64,000 bases of DNA from Candidatus Undinarchaeales archaeon (GTDB lineage: Archaea; SpSt-1190; JASMDC01): positions 25,216 to 89,215 of the forward strand of contig JASMDC010000013.1 in assembly GCA_030753015.1 (NCBI GenBank), read 5' to 3'. This document shows positions 27,518-39,100 of this stretch, piece after piece. A program made the translations under genes and the position numbers. The notes beneath the pieces were generated by a model that was given only the letters and a program-made list of their open reading frames with translations, was not told where the DNA came from and ran no database searches. Numbering within the stretch: position 1 is the stretch's first letter; every line of letters begins with the position of its first letter.

Positions 27518-28723
27518 ATGATCAATCCCACTGAGCGTTCGGCCAACATCGAGTACGCGATCCGAGACGTTCTCATTCCTGCTCTCAAGCTGGAGGAGCA
27601 GGGCCGGACCATCCTCAAGCTCAACATCGGCGATCCCATCGCCTTCGATTTCGAAACGCCTCCGCACATGGTGGAGGCGTACTGCCGAGCGCTGCGCGAC
27701 GGCCACAACGGCTACTCTGACTCGCAAGGGTACAAACCACTCATCAGTTCCATCGTGGAGCATGAGCGCAAGAAGTACGGCACTGAGCTGGATCCGTCCA
27801 AGGTGCTCGTCACTGCCGGTATATCTGAAGCACTGGTGTTCCTGTTCGGAGCTCTGCTGGAGCAGGGGGACGAGATCCTCGTTCCGGGACCGAGCTACCC
27901 ACCGTACACCACCCTCGTGAAGTTCATGGGTGGCGTAGCCCGCACCTACCGTACAGATGAGAACAACGGCTGGCAGCCCGATATCGATGACCTGCGGGCC
28001 AAGATCACGAACCGTACCAAGGCTATCGCCATCATCAATCCCAACAATCCCACAGGCTCTGCTTACACCCGACAAGTGCTCGCTCCGATCATCGACCTGG
28101 CCGCCGAGCATAAGTTGCCCATCATCAGCGATGAGATATACGATGGGCTGGTGTACGACCTGCCCCACACCTCGCCCCTGGCCCTCTCCGAGGAAGTACC
28201 AATGGTGCTCCTCAACGGCTTCTCGAAAGTGTACATGGTCCCAGGCTGGCGTGTCGGGTACATGGCCTTCAGGGACACCGAGGGACGGTTGGACGGCCTG
28301 TACGACGGCTGCATCCGCCAGGCCCGTGTGCGCCTGAGCACGAACCACCCGGCCCAGGTCGCATCCCTGGCAGCACTGGAGGGCCCGCAGGAGCACATCG
28401 AGGAGAACCGCCGGAAGCTCATGGAGCGGCGGGACATCATCTCCCGGCGCGTCAACGCCATCGACGGCCTCTCGGTGGCCAGGCCCGAGGGCGCGTTCTA
28501 TGCCTTCCCCCGTATCGATATCGAGCGGGGGCCATGGAAGAACGACAAGGCCTTCGTGCTGGACATGCTGGAGACCGCCGGTGTGCTTTGCGTCCACGGT
28601 AGCGGGTTCTGCGAGGATTTCGGCAAGGACCACTTCCGTGTCGTGTTCCTGGCACCACCTGCCGAGCTGGAAAGGGCCTGTGATGCCATCGAGGACTTCA
28701 TGGCCACACGGCTGCGGGACTGA
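27518..28723 (+). CDS. PLP-dependent class I/II aminotransferase (alanine aminotransferase-like)
   Basis: LNIGDP, INPNNPTG, SDEIYD, GFSKVYMVPGWRVG. Confidence 0.92.
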   Translation: MINPTERSANIEYAIRDVLIPALKLEEQGRTILKLNIGDPIAFDFETPPHMVEAYCRALRDGHNGYSDSQGYKPLISSIVEHERKKYGTELDPSKVLVTAGISEALVFLFGALLEQGDEILVPGPSYPPYTTLVKFMGGVARTYRTDENNGWQPDIDDLRAKITNRTKAIAIINPNNPTGSAYTRQVLAPIIDLAAEHKLPIISDEIYDGLVYDLPHTSPLALSEEVPMVLLNGFSKVYMVPGWRVGYMAFRDTEGRLDGLYDGCIRQARVRLSTNHPAQVASLAALEGPQEHIEENRRKLMERRDIISRRVNAIDGLSVARPEGAFYAFPRIDIERGPWKNDKAFVLDMLETAGVLCVHGSGFCEDFGKDHFRVVFLAPPAELERACDAIEDFMATRLRD

Positions 28724-28726
28724 GGC

Positions 28727-29245
28727 TCACGGCTCCTTCTTCTCCACAGGGGCGGGAGCGAACCGGAAGGACTCGACCCAAGGTTCCTCGACCAGGCCCT
28801 TGGTATCCACTGCCGCAATGAAGAACTGTATCTTTCGGGTGGTCTTGTCCCCGGCAAAAGGCTGGCCGCCCGTGGCGTTGATAGCGTCCACGACCTGATC
28901 GAAGGTCATCTCCTCCGAGTGAACGAGGGTGACCATGACCTTCGTGCCGGGATTCTTGGCCATGTACTCCTTCATCCCCTCACGGCCGTAGGGCCCCTCG
29001 TCCGTCATGACGTTGTAACCGAAGTAGGCCGCCACGACGAGCACGAGGAGGATACCTATGACCTTGGGCGATATGCTGATGCCCCTCCCGGTCGCGGCGG
29101 GCGCTACCGGGGTCTGGCCGTAGTCCATCTGGGGCTGGCCGTAGTCCATACGCTGCTGTACCATACCGTATCCGCGGCTGCCGTAGTAGGAGCCGTATCC
29201 CTGGCCCTGGTACGCGCCTCCGGCCTGCTGAGGGTACGGGCCCAC
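28727..29245 (-). CDS. Single-TM protein with Q/G/Y-rich N-terminus
   Basis: Low-complexity YQGQGYG/MDYGQ repeats, one TM helix, small globular C-domain. Confidence 0.7.
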   Translation of the reverse strand: MGPYPQQAGGAYQGQGYGSYYGSRGYGMVQQRMDYGQPQMDYGQTPVAPAATGRGISISPKVIGILLVLVVAAYFGYNVMTDEGPYGREGMKEYMAKNPGTKVMVTLVHSEEMTFDQVVDAINATGGQPFAGDKTTRKIQFFIAAVDTKGLVEEPWVESFRFAPAPVEKKEP

Positions 29246-29257
29246 GGTAAGTGTCCC

Positions 29258-29764
29258 CTATTCCTTCTCCTCGAGGATCCGGATGCGCTCCACACCGTCG
29301 ACGCGCTTGATGAGGTCGGCGACCTCGGGCGGGACGAGCGACTCCCAGTCCTCACCGGTCACGATGCGCCGCCGGATCTCCGTACCGGAGAGCGCCTCCC
29401 GCTCGTACAGCGGTGAGTGGCGCACGTCGAACCCTGCCTCAGAGAACAGACGCCGGACCAGTGGGTTGTTGGAGAACACGACATCGATGGGCGGGCACAT
29501 GGACTCTACATGGCGCACCCAGATAGCGTTGCGGTTGACGTCGATGATGGGCACGAAGAAGAACACGCCCTTGCCCGACTGCTTCATCACCTTGGATAGC
29601 ATCCACACGCGCTCGCCCGCAGTGAACGGATTATTATGAGTGTGCGATGTCTGGGCGGAGCCTATACCGACGACCACGTCATCGAACTTCGCAGCTATGT
29701 CGCTGAGCACCCTGACATGGCCCTTGTGGGGCGGTTGATAGCGCCCTATCACGAGTGCGCGCAT
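29258..29764 (-). CDS. nadM: Nicotinamide-nucleotide adenylyltransferase
   Basis: MRALVIGRYQPPHKGH, GSAQ-SH-x2-NPFTAGER, SGTEIR, WESLVP; true start ATG 29764. Confidence 0.95.
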   Translation of the reverse strand: MRALVIGRYQPPHKGHVRVLSDIAAKFDDVVVGIGSAQTSHTHNNPFTAGERVWMLSKVMKQSGKGVFFFVPIIDVNRNAIWVRHVESMCPPIDVVFSNNPLVRRLFSEAGFDVRHSPLYEREALSGTEIRRRIVTGEDWESLVPPEVADLIKRVDGVERIRILEEKE

Positions 29765-29816
29765 CCCGGGAAGAACGCGAGATGCACTTATAACTCTTAT
29801 GCAGGATTCGATGGGC

Positions 29817-30332
29817 ATGAAGCTTCCCATCTGTGCGTTCTGCGCAAACTCGTCCGCCCTCTGCGCCGTTGACGAGCCGCGTCTGGAGGCAGGGGAGATC
29901 GACCAGGCCGACATCATAATCTCACGCGCCATCGCCCGCATCGGCCGCCGGTCCCGCGCCCTCCAGGAATCCGAGATCGTCCGGGGGTTCGACCTGGGTG
30001 ACCGATTAGTAATCATCACCCGGGAGGAGGACGTAGGCCGCATCATCGGGAAGAAGGGCACTCGCGTCAAGCGTCTCACCGACACGCTGGGCAAGCGCGT
30101 CGTCGTCGTGGGCCAGCGGGACGACGTGCGGGGCATCGTGGACCGGATCATCTACCCGGGACGCCTGCGCGCCATCTCCAACGTCTACACCGACACGGGC
30201 TCCAAGCGCCTCGTCGAGGTGAACCGGGCTGGCGAGATCGACCTCGATCGGTTCGTAGCCATGCTCGCCTTTCTCTTCGGTGGTGAGTTCGAGGTCCGTG
30301 TCCTGGACAAAAAGAAGCGGGACGACGAATGA
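29817..30332 (+). CDS. Archaeal NusA-like KH-domain protein with N-terminal Cys motif
   Basis: MKLPICAFCANSSALC and IIGKKG KH loop. Confidence 0.8.
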   Translation: MKLPICAFCANSSALCAVDEPRLEAGEIDQADIIISRAIARIGRRSRALQESEIVRGFDLGDRLVIITREEDVGRIIGKKGTRVKRLTDTLGKRVVVVGQRDDVRGIVDRIIYPGRLRAISNVYTDTGSKRLVEVNRAGEIDLDRFVAMLAFLFGGEFEVRVLDKKKRDDE

Positions 30333-32104
30333 CGCGCATCGCCATCGTCAAGAAGGACGAATGCCAGGGCGGCCGTGATTGCCCCTATACGTGCCAACGC
30401 TTCTGCCCCCGCGTCCGTACCGGCGACGAGACCGTCACCGTGGGCGAGGACGGTAAGCCCGTCATCCACGAGGAGTTGTGCGTGGGATGCGGTATCTGCG
30501 TGAACAAGTGCCCCCACGACTCGATCATCATCGTCAACCTCCCGGAGGAGCTGAAGAGCGAACCGGTCCACCGGTTCGGTATCAACGGGTTCCGCCTGTT
30601 CAGGCTGCCGGTGCCCAAGCGCGGTTCCGTGGTGGGCCTACTGGGACCCAACGGTATCGGTAAGTCCACGGCCATCTCCATCCTCGGTGGCCAGCTGGTC
30701 CCTGACCTCGGAACGGGCGAGCCCGCCGATTGGGACGACATTGCGGAGTTCTTCGCAGGCAACGAGATCCTCAACTACCTCCAGGAACTGCGAGAAGGTA
30801 CGGCCAACCTCGCCTTCAAGCCCCAGCAGATCACCGCGATCCCCAAGCTGTACAAGGGCAAGAGTGCTCGCGAGCTCTTGGAGAAAATTGACCAGGCCGG
30901 TCGTTTGGACGAGCTGGTGAAGGCCTTCGAGCTCACCGACCTCCTCGATCACCCCGTGCAGAATCTCTCAGGTGGCGAGATGCAGCGCGTGTCCATCGCA
31001 GGCTGTCTCTCCCGGGACGCACAGTTCTTCTTCCTTGACGAGCCCTCGTCCTTTCTCGACATCAAGCAGCGCCTCAACGTGTCCAAGGTCATCAGGGACC
31101 TGGCGACCCAGGACAAGGCCGTGATGGTCGTCGAGCACGACCTGGTCATCCTCGACTACCTCACAGATTACACCCACTTGATGTACGGCAAGGCCGCAGC
31201 TTTCGGCGTGGTCTCCCTCCTGCGCGGTGCGCGGGCCGGTATAAACACTTACCTCGGCGGGTACCTTAAAGAGGAGAACGTCCGGTTCCGGACCGGCCCC
31301 ATCACCTTCGATGTGCGGGCCCCGATACCCGAGCGGGACGCCGACAAACTCGTGACCTTCGAGGGACTGAAGCGTTCGTTCCCGAGCTTCTCGCTGGACG
31401 TGCCCAAGGGCAACGTATTCCGTGGAGAGGTCGTAGGGATCCTTGGGCCCAACGGCATCGGTAAGACCACCATGGTCAAGATGCTGGCCGGGATTGAGGA
31501 GCCGGACGAGGGCTTCATAGACACGACCGTGACGGTCTCATATAAGCCTCAGTACCTAGAGGCCAAGGGCAACGCTACGGTCCAGTCCACGCTCAAGGCG
31601 GTCACCTCCGACGTCGGTACGGGGCTCTACCAGACCGAAGTGCTCCGCCCGTTGGCTCTCGAGGGCCTGCTCACCAAGCGTATCGTCCACTTGTCGGGTG
31701 GCGAGCTCCAGCGCCTTGCCATCGCTGTCTGCCTCTCCCGCGAGGCCGACCTGTACCTGCTCGACGAGCCCGCGGCGTACCTTGACGTAGAGCAGCGCAT
31801 TAACGCTGCCCGGGTCATCCGCCGCACCATGGAGAGACGGGAGGCGTCGTGCATGGTGGTCGACCACGACATCCTCTTCCTCGACTACCTCTCCAACCGG
31901 CTCATGGTGTTCATGGGCCGACCGGGCGTCTCGGGTAAGGCTGTGGGCCCCATGACGATGCGGGACGGGATGAACCTCTTCCTCAAGGACGTGGGCGTCA
32001 CCTTCCGGCGAGATCCCGAAACTCGCCGGCCGCGCGCGAACAAGACCGCATCCCTCAAGGACCGGGAGCAGAAGGCGCAGGGCGAGTACTACTACCTCGA
32101 GTGA
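30329..32104 (+). CDS. rli: ABCE1/Rli1 ribosome recycling ATPase
   Basis: N-terminal 2x[4Fe-4S] Cys motifs, two GPNGIGK Walker A, LSGGE signatures, C-terminal DREQK...GEYYY. Confidence 0.97.
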   Translation: MTRIAIVKKDECQGGRDCPYTCQRFCPRVRTGDETVTVGEDGKPVIHEELCVGCGICVNKCPHDSIIIVNLPEELKSEPVHRFGINGFRLFRLPVPKRGSVVGLLGPNGIGKSTAISILGGQLVPDLGTGEPADWDDIAEFFAGNEILNYLQELREGTANLAFKPQQITAIPKLYKGKSARELLEKIDQAGRLDELVKAFELTDLLDHPVQNLSGGEMQRVSIAGCLSRDAQFFFLDEPSSFLDIKQRLNVSKVIRDLATQDKAVMVVEHDLVILDYLTDYTHLMYGKAAAFGVVSLLRGARAGINTYLGGYLKEENVRFRTGPITFDVRAPIPERDADKLVTFEGLKRSFPSFSLDVPKGNVFRGEVVGILGPNGIGKTTMVKMLAGIEEPDEGFIDTTVTVSYKPQYLEAKGNATVQSTLKAVTSDVGTGLYQTEVLRPLALEGLLTKRIVHLSGGELQRLAIAVCLSREADLYLLDEPAAYLDVEQRINAARVIRRTMERREASCMVVDHDILFLDYLSNRLMVFMGRPGVSGKAVGPMTMRDGMNLFLKDVGVTFRRDPETRRPRANKTASLKDREQKAQGEYYYLE

Positions 32105-32140
32105 GGGTGTAACCGCTTCCTACGGGCCGCCGATCAGAAC

Positions 32141-33063
32141 TGTAATTCCTCAGGACATATTGGACACTTTCGAGAATACTTGTGAGGGTATTTGGTATCC
32201 TATGCCTGCATGTGGCCTTTCGTTGTTGTAATAATCGACGAACGTTTCCAAGCTGTTGAATCGTGGGTATGTTGCTCTGAACGTCCTGTGGAATCTCTCG
32301 ATTTTTCCGAGCGTGGTGGGCTTGCCTATACCTCCGAATATGTGTTGTATACCTCGATCTTTGCAGAAGATCGTGAAGCCGGATACCTGTCCTTTAGATG
32401 CGTAGTACTGTGTTCCGTGGTCTGTGATTATCTGTCGGGGCTTGCCGTAGTCGTCAATAATCGTCTCGAGCTGTCCGAGGATGTTTTCTGTCGTTCCCCG
32501 TTTGAACAGCTCGATCCCCAGGATGTATCGCGAACAGTCGTCGATGAATGTTGACAGCCAACGGCGCTTGTAGATGCATAGATCTGTCTGCCATAGGCTG
32601 TTCGGGTGCTTCCTGGACCAGCTCTTGTACGTCTTCTGCCTGCGTTTTTTCTTCAGGCGTTTGATCAGACCTGCATCTTTGAGCGTCCGGTATACCGTCG
32701 CATGACCAACGCAGATACCTTCTTTTTCTAGCAAAACTTGTAGGGTCTTCTCGTTATGTCCCGTCTCTTCACGGATCGCTATGATCCGCTCTTTGACACT
32801 CTCGGGTGTCCTGTGTATCGTTTTGGGACGCCGGGACTTGGGCTTGAGACCTTCAAAGCCTTCCTTCTCATACTTGTCCCACCATGTGTAGAACGTGCTG
32901 CGTGGAACGCGGGCTTGAGAACAGATGTCATCCACGCGCCTTCCTTCTTTCCGTCGCCTTACCATCCAAAGCCTGAGCTTAGCAAGATCACGCTTCATAA
33001 CTTACCACAAGAAAAAAGAGAGACTCAACAACAAGAATGTCCAACATGTGGTGAGGAACTACA
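32141..33063 (-). mobile_element. IS481-family insertion sequence, 923 bp
   Basis: TGT...ACA ends with imperfect 26-bp TIRs (TGTAATTCCTCAGGACATATTGGACA / TGTCCAACATGTGGTGAGGAACTACA); 15-bp TSD GCCGCCGATCAGAAC at 32126-32140 and 33064-33078; visibly lower GC. Confidence 0.92.
32150..32998 (-). CDS. IS481-family transposase (HTH + rve)
   Basis: WQTD, FIDDCSR, TDHGTQY, GKIERFHRT, YNNERPH. Confidence 0.95.
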   Translation of the reverse strand: MKRDLAKLRLWMVRRRKEGRRVDDICSQARVPRSTFYTWWDKYEKEGFEGLKPKSRRPKTIHRTPESVKERIIAIREETGHNEKTLQVLLEKEGICVGHATVYRTLKDAGLIKRLKKKRRQKTYKSWSRKHPNSLWQTDLCIYKRRWLSTFIDDCSRYILGIELFKRGTTENILGQLETIIDDYGKPRQIITDHGTQYYASKGQVSGFTIFCKDRGIQHIFGGIGKPTTLGKIERFHRTFRATYPRFNSLETFVDYYNNERPHAGIGYQIPSQVFSKVSNMS

Positions 33064-33124
33064 GCCGCCGATCAGAACAACAACCCTTATATGGTATCCA
33101 AACTACATCAATAACTAGTAGATA

Positions 33125-36100
33125 GTGGAACCTATGGAGAATGGGAAGGAACAATCCAGTGTCCTAGTAGAAGGACTCTTGCTGTTGGTACTGCTCCCAT
33201 CGCTGGTACTGTCCACCGAGCTCGACGTCGGCACAAACATAGCCACGAGCGAGATGTACTCCCAGCAGCTGAGGTACTTCAATGTCGATGTGGCCTTCTC
33301 CGACCCCGTACTCACTATGGAGGACGGTTCCACGAGCATCACTATCGAGAACACCACGCTCGTCTCCGAGCCCACGCACCCCATGCTCCCGATGAGGATC
33401 GTCACCCTTTACATCCCTGAAGGGTATCAGGTCTCGTCGGTGGAGGTCATTGAACTTGTGACTCGCTCCCTCGGAGCTGACCATCAGGTTCTGCCCGCCC
33501 CCTACCCCATTAGCCCCATCGATCATAAGCCTTCTGAAAGGAACACCTCCATCTACGGCTCACCGGAACCCTTCCCTCCTCAGTCTTTCATGACGTATGG
33601 GACCCGGCGCCTGATGGGATACAACGTGTTCCAGGTCGCGACCTTCCCCATCACCTACTACCCGATCAATGGAAGTCTACTCTTCCATCCAAGAATCAGA
33701 ATCAGGGCACAGCTGGAGTGGACCGGAACGGAGGGTCCAGGAAAGGAGGAGGAAGAGCGAGGTTTCATCAGCTCGATAGTCGAGAACGACTTCGCGCTCG
33801 AGGAGGGATTCGGAACGCCCGTCGTCCCCGATCACTCGGATTCCGATGGAGCTGGTGAAGGTGAGGGTGAGTCCGGGACCACGGAGGGCGGTGCGGACGG
33901 TGAGGGCGAACCACAGGCGGACAGCGGTCCAACATACGAATACCTTATCGTGTATCATTCACCGACCTTCAACTCCGCCGCGAACAGGCTGGGAACGTGG
34001 AAGTACCAGAAGGGCTACACAGTCGGTCTTGCCTCGACCGCATACTTCAACAGTAATTATGCAGGATATGACCTTGCCGAAAAGATCAGAAACGGTCTCA
34101 AGAACCTCCATGATAACTACGGTACTCAATGGGTCGTTCTCATTGGAGATTACAACTACGTCCCCCCCCGGTGCGGGTATGACAAGAAAGGAACGAACAC
34201 AGGGGGCAATACGGGTTACCTCTGTGACGCTGACTCCACACCAACTGACCTATACTACGCTGATCTCGATAGCGACTGGGACTACGACGGGGACAACCTG
34301 TACGGCGAGTACATCGATGATCACTGGGGCGGGGGAGTCCAGCGCCTCGACCTCACGGCAGAAGTGTACGTAGGAAGGATTTCTGTGTCTGATGCCGACA
34401 CCGCCCTGCAGGTCGTCGACAAGATCATCAAATACGAGAAGGAACCTACGACAGGGGACTGGCTATCGAAGGCCCTCATCCTGGGCGCTATGGCCAACTA
34501 CGACGAGGACACGAACAGCGACGGTCAGGTGGACAAGTTCAAGCGCGACTGGGCCCCGGTCATGGAGCAGCTCAGGACCGACTACTTCCCCGCAGACTAT
34601 TCCCTCACCACCATGTACGAGAAGGAAGGGGTCGCCTCACCCCTGGGACAGTCCACTTACTCATGCACCACGCCCCTCACGAACGACAACGTGAAGTCCG
34701 CTATCAATCAGGGCTACGGTGTCATGACCATGGGCGGCCACGGCGGTAAAACCGACATCTGGAGGGTCATCTGGAGCATGGACGCCGATAGTGACAACAT
34801 CAACGACCCCTCTGAAAAACAATGGTCGGCGTACCTGAAGACGACGGATACACTGTCGAACGCCAACAAGACACCATTCGTGTATACTGCCTCATGCCTG
34901 ACCGCCCTCATTGACGGTTCAAGTGACTCCCTGGGGGAATGGCTCGTCAACCAGCAGTGGTCGGGAGCGATCGGGTATGTGGGAGCGACGCGCACTTCGT
35001 ACTCCGGCATCGGTAGCACCGAATATTACAATCAGAAGCTCGTCAAGCTATTCTGGGATTCGCTCTTCTCAGGGTACTACTCATCGGGCGAGGCGCTCTA
35101 CCGCTCCAAGACACAGTACTCTGTACACCATCCGTTCACAGGTGCCTCGAATGATAATACCAAACTAAGGAACTACTACGACTACATCCTGCTAGGTGAT
35201 CCCGAGACGCCTATCTGGACGGATGATCCCGTTACGGTCTCCTCCACAGGGCTTCCCGAGAAACTCCAGACCGGGCATGCCAATGAATTCGTAGTGATAA
35301 TCAAAGACTCGGAGCAAAGCGCGGTCAATGGAGCACGTGTATCCATATCAGGAGCTGGGACCCATGAGGAAAAGACGACGGATACCCAAGGGAACGCTGC
35401 ATTCACGGGGATCTCGCCCACGTCGGACGGTACCGTGACCCTTGTCGTCACCAAGCACAACCACCTCACGGTAATCGAGGAGGTACAATCTATCACGGAC
35501 AATGACGCCCCGACCACCACGCCCGGAGTAACGGAGGACGGGTGGTACTCCGAGGACCAGACGCTCAGCCTGACATGCGACGACGGTTCCGGTGTGGGAT
35601 GCAGCACGACGTACTACTGCACGGACTCTGTAGGAACGTGCACGCCCGGGACTGTGTACACGCAACCGGTCTCGCTCTCATGCTCGACAGGGAGCATATG
35701 CATCCACTACGTCAGGTACTACAGTAAGGACCAGTTCGACAACGCGGAGTCATTCAAGACGAGCGTGGCTTTCAGGATCGACAAGCAGAAACCGACAACG
35801 ACGGACAGTTCGGATGCGAACTGGCACGGAAGCGACCAGGCCATCACGCTGACGTGCAATGACGGGACCGGCGCGGGATGTGACACCACGTACTACTGCA
35901 CCGATACGAGCGGTACGTGCACGCCTGATACGAATTACACGCAGCCCATCAGCATTACGTGCTCCGCTGGAAGCGTGTGCACAAGGTACGTCAGGTATCG
36001 CAGTAACGACACCCTTGCGAACACGGAGGACGTCAGGACAAGCAATCAGGTCAGGATCGACAAGCAGAAACCGACAACGTCGGACAACTCCGATACGAAC

Positions 36101-39100
36101 TGGCACGGAAGCGACCAGACGGTCACTCTCACGTGCAACGATGGGACCGGCGCGGGATGCGACACCACGTACTACTGCACCGATACGAGCGGGACGTGCA
36201 CGCCCAACACAACGTACTCGCAACCGATCAGCGTCACGTGCTCTGTGGGAAGCGTATGCACCAGATATGTCAGGTACCGCAGCAACGACACCCTTGCGAA
36301 CACGGAGGATGTCAGTACGAGCAATCCGGTGAAGATCGACAAGCATATACCGACCACGACCGACAGCTCTGACGCGAACTGGCACGGAAGCGACCAGGCA
36401 ATCACGCTCACGTGCGATGACGGATCGGGTGCAGGGTGCGACACCACATACTACTGCACCGATATGAACGGGACGTGTACGCCCGACACAGCGTACACGC
36501 AGCCGATCAGCATCACGTGCTCCGCGGGGAGCGTCTGCACGAGGTACGTCAGATACATCAGCAACGACACACTCGCAAATATCGAGGATGTAAAGACAAG
36601 CACGGGTCCCCGCATCGATAACGAGGCCCCTGTCACGAGCTCCAATGTGACGGAAGCATGGCACTCAATGGACCAATGGGCATCTCTGGTGTGTGATGAC
36701 GCCACAGGTGTGGGATGTAACGCTACCGCATACTGCATTGACACAAGCAGCGTATGTGGCTGTACCCCCACCACCATCTACGAAGGCCCGACCAACCTAA
36801 TCTGCTCCCCGGGTAGCGTGTGCACCCACCATATCTGCGTCGCGAGCAACGATTCTCTAGGCAATCTCGAGGAGAAGAGGAACATCGACGTGAACATCGA
36901 CAAATCCGGCATTGTGCTCCGCGACATAATCCTCCCCACGCAGGGAGGCCACTACCGGACACCAACGTCCCTGCCCCTTTCCCTGTCAGTGAACGATCAC
37001 ATCATCGACACGTGCTGGTACACAATCACGTCGACCGTCGGAGGCCGCTCCGTGCACACAATCCCAAAGTGTCAGAACGTCACTCTGGACATCACGACGG
37101 GCTCGTGGCTGGACGACTTTGACGATGGCTCGTGGATCGATAACAGTACATCCCACAACATCACCGTTTCCACCGGGGCGGTCCGACTCGTGCCCAAGGG
37201 CAACTCCACGGCCATTACCGGCAGGCTCCACAGCAGCCGGATCCGACCCATTAATCCTGGAAACTGGGGCCGCTTCACAGCCATCCAGAACGTCAACAAG
37301 TCCCAGGGCTCTGCGATCAGCTATTCGGTCCTGGACGGGGAGACGAACGAGACCTTGTGCAGTACCAACACCTCTAACAGGACTGTTGTGATTGACCTTT
37401 CCTCCTGTCTGAACGGGACCGCTTCGATAGTACTCTCGGCATCGCTCACATCTACGAACACATCGGCCGTGCCAGTTATCTACATGTGGAACGTGACGTG
37501 GTCACGGGCGGACGGCCCCTACGATCTGACGGTCCATGCCAACGACACGACGGGACGCTCCCAGAACAAGTCGCGACAATTCGTTGTCGACACGATCCCA
37601 CCTTCCATCACTTCGCTACTCATCAACGATGATGCCGCCTCCACGTCCACGAGGGACGTCACGCTCAATGCATCGGGCAGCGGGTTCTCGGAATGCAGGT
37701 TCAGCAACGATGGAGCCGAATGGTCCACGTACACTGCCTATAGCGGACCCGCGTCGTGGACACTCTCGGCCGGGAACGCTCAGAAGACCGTCTCTATGCA
37801 ATGTCGGGACTCCGCCGGTAACGAGGCGGTACAGGTCACCGATACCATCGACCTATCGATCCCGTCCAGTGGTGGTGGGAGCAGCAGCGGCAGCAGCAGC
37901 AGCAGCGCGAGCAGCAGCAGTGTAGCCAGTAGCAGCAGCAGCGGGAGCAGCGGTGGTGGTGGTGGAGGCGGCTATTCGCGCCTGAGCTATAACTTCTCGA
38001 TCGAGTGCGACCACCCGGAAATGCTCACGATGGAACCGGGCGGTCGCGCCAAGGTGTCCTGTATCGTGACTGCCCTGGAGACCCAGCTCCCCTCACTCAA
38101 CGTGACGACGGAACCGGTGGAAGGGCTCCATATCTTTCCCGCCATCCATTCCTTCGAAGAGATCCCGTACTGGACCTATAAGGACGCGGAAGAGACCTTG
38201 AAAGATGAACTGGTCGCATACCGGAAGTTCGTTCTCGAGATCAGTTCGGAGAAAAGCTGCAGAACGAGGATAGCTCCGATAAACATAATCGGTAGCTGCA
38301 TCTCGGAGGATGACAGGATCAACGTCACGAACGTGAGCAGGATATTCGCTAAAGTGCTCCCGCTACCGGAGTGTCCCGAGGAGAGTGATGGGTTCTGTCA
38401 GTCTTCGTGTCCTCTGGATGTCAGCGGGTGCGTTCCCGAGACGTGCGAGAACGCTCCCGAGGACTGCGGCCCATGTCCCGCGGACGAGGAAGAGGACGCG
38501 AACACTACGGATGACGAGGCCATCGGGCACGAAAACGTGACCCTTGAAGTCCCTACACCCTCCCCTTCCCAGGAAGCTACACCTGAGCCGACGGTCTCTC
38601 CTTCCCCGACGCCCGAGCCCGAGCCCGAGCCCGAACTTGAACCTGAGCCAAGCCTTGAACCTGAACCCGAGCCGACCCCGGTCCCGAATCCCAATGTAAC
38701 CGAGGACGAGTTCAACATGCATCTTGACGAGACGCGGAGCATCGTGGAGGACCTATCGTCAAGAACTGAGAACGTGACATCCCTCCTAAAGAACGATACT
38801 AAGATGGAGCTCCTGAAGAACATGAACATGGAACAGGAAATCAAACGCAACCTGGATTCCATCGAGGAGCTGTCACTGGAGTTCGAGATCATAACCAGGT
38901 CCAAGCCTGACGACATCATCGACGCCGATCAGCGAATCAGGACGATCAACCAGCGTATCGTTAAGCTCCAGGACACCACGCCCAAGAATATCATGATCGT
39001 GCACAGCTCTCGCCATGTCAGCAGGACGGCGAGACGTTCGAGGGAATCCATTCTCGATGAGATCGTCACGAGAGAGCAGGTCCGCCCGTCACCTCCGCTC

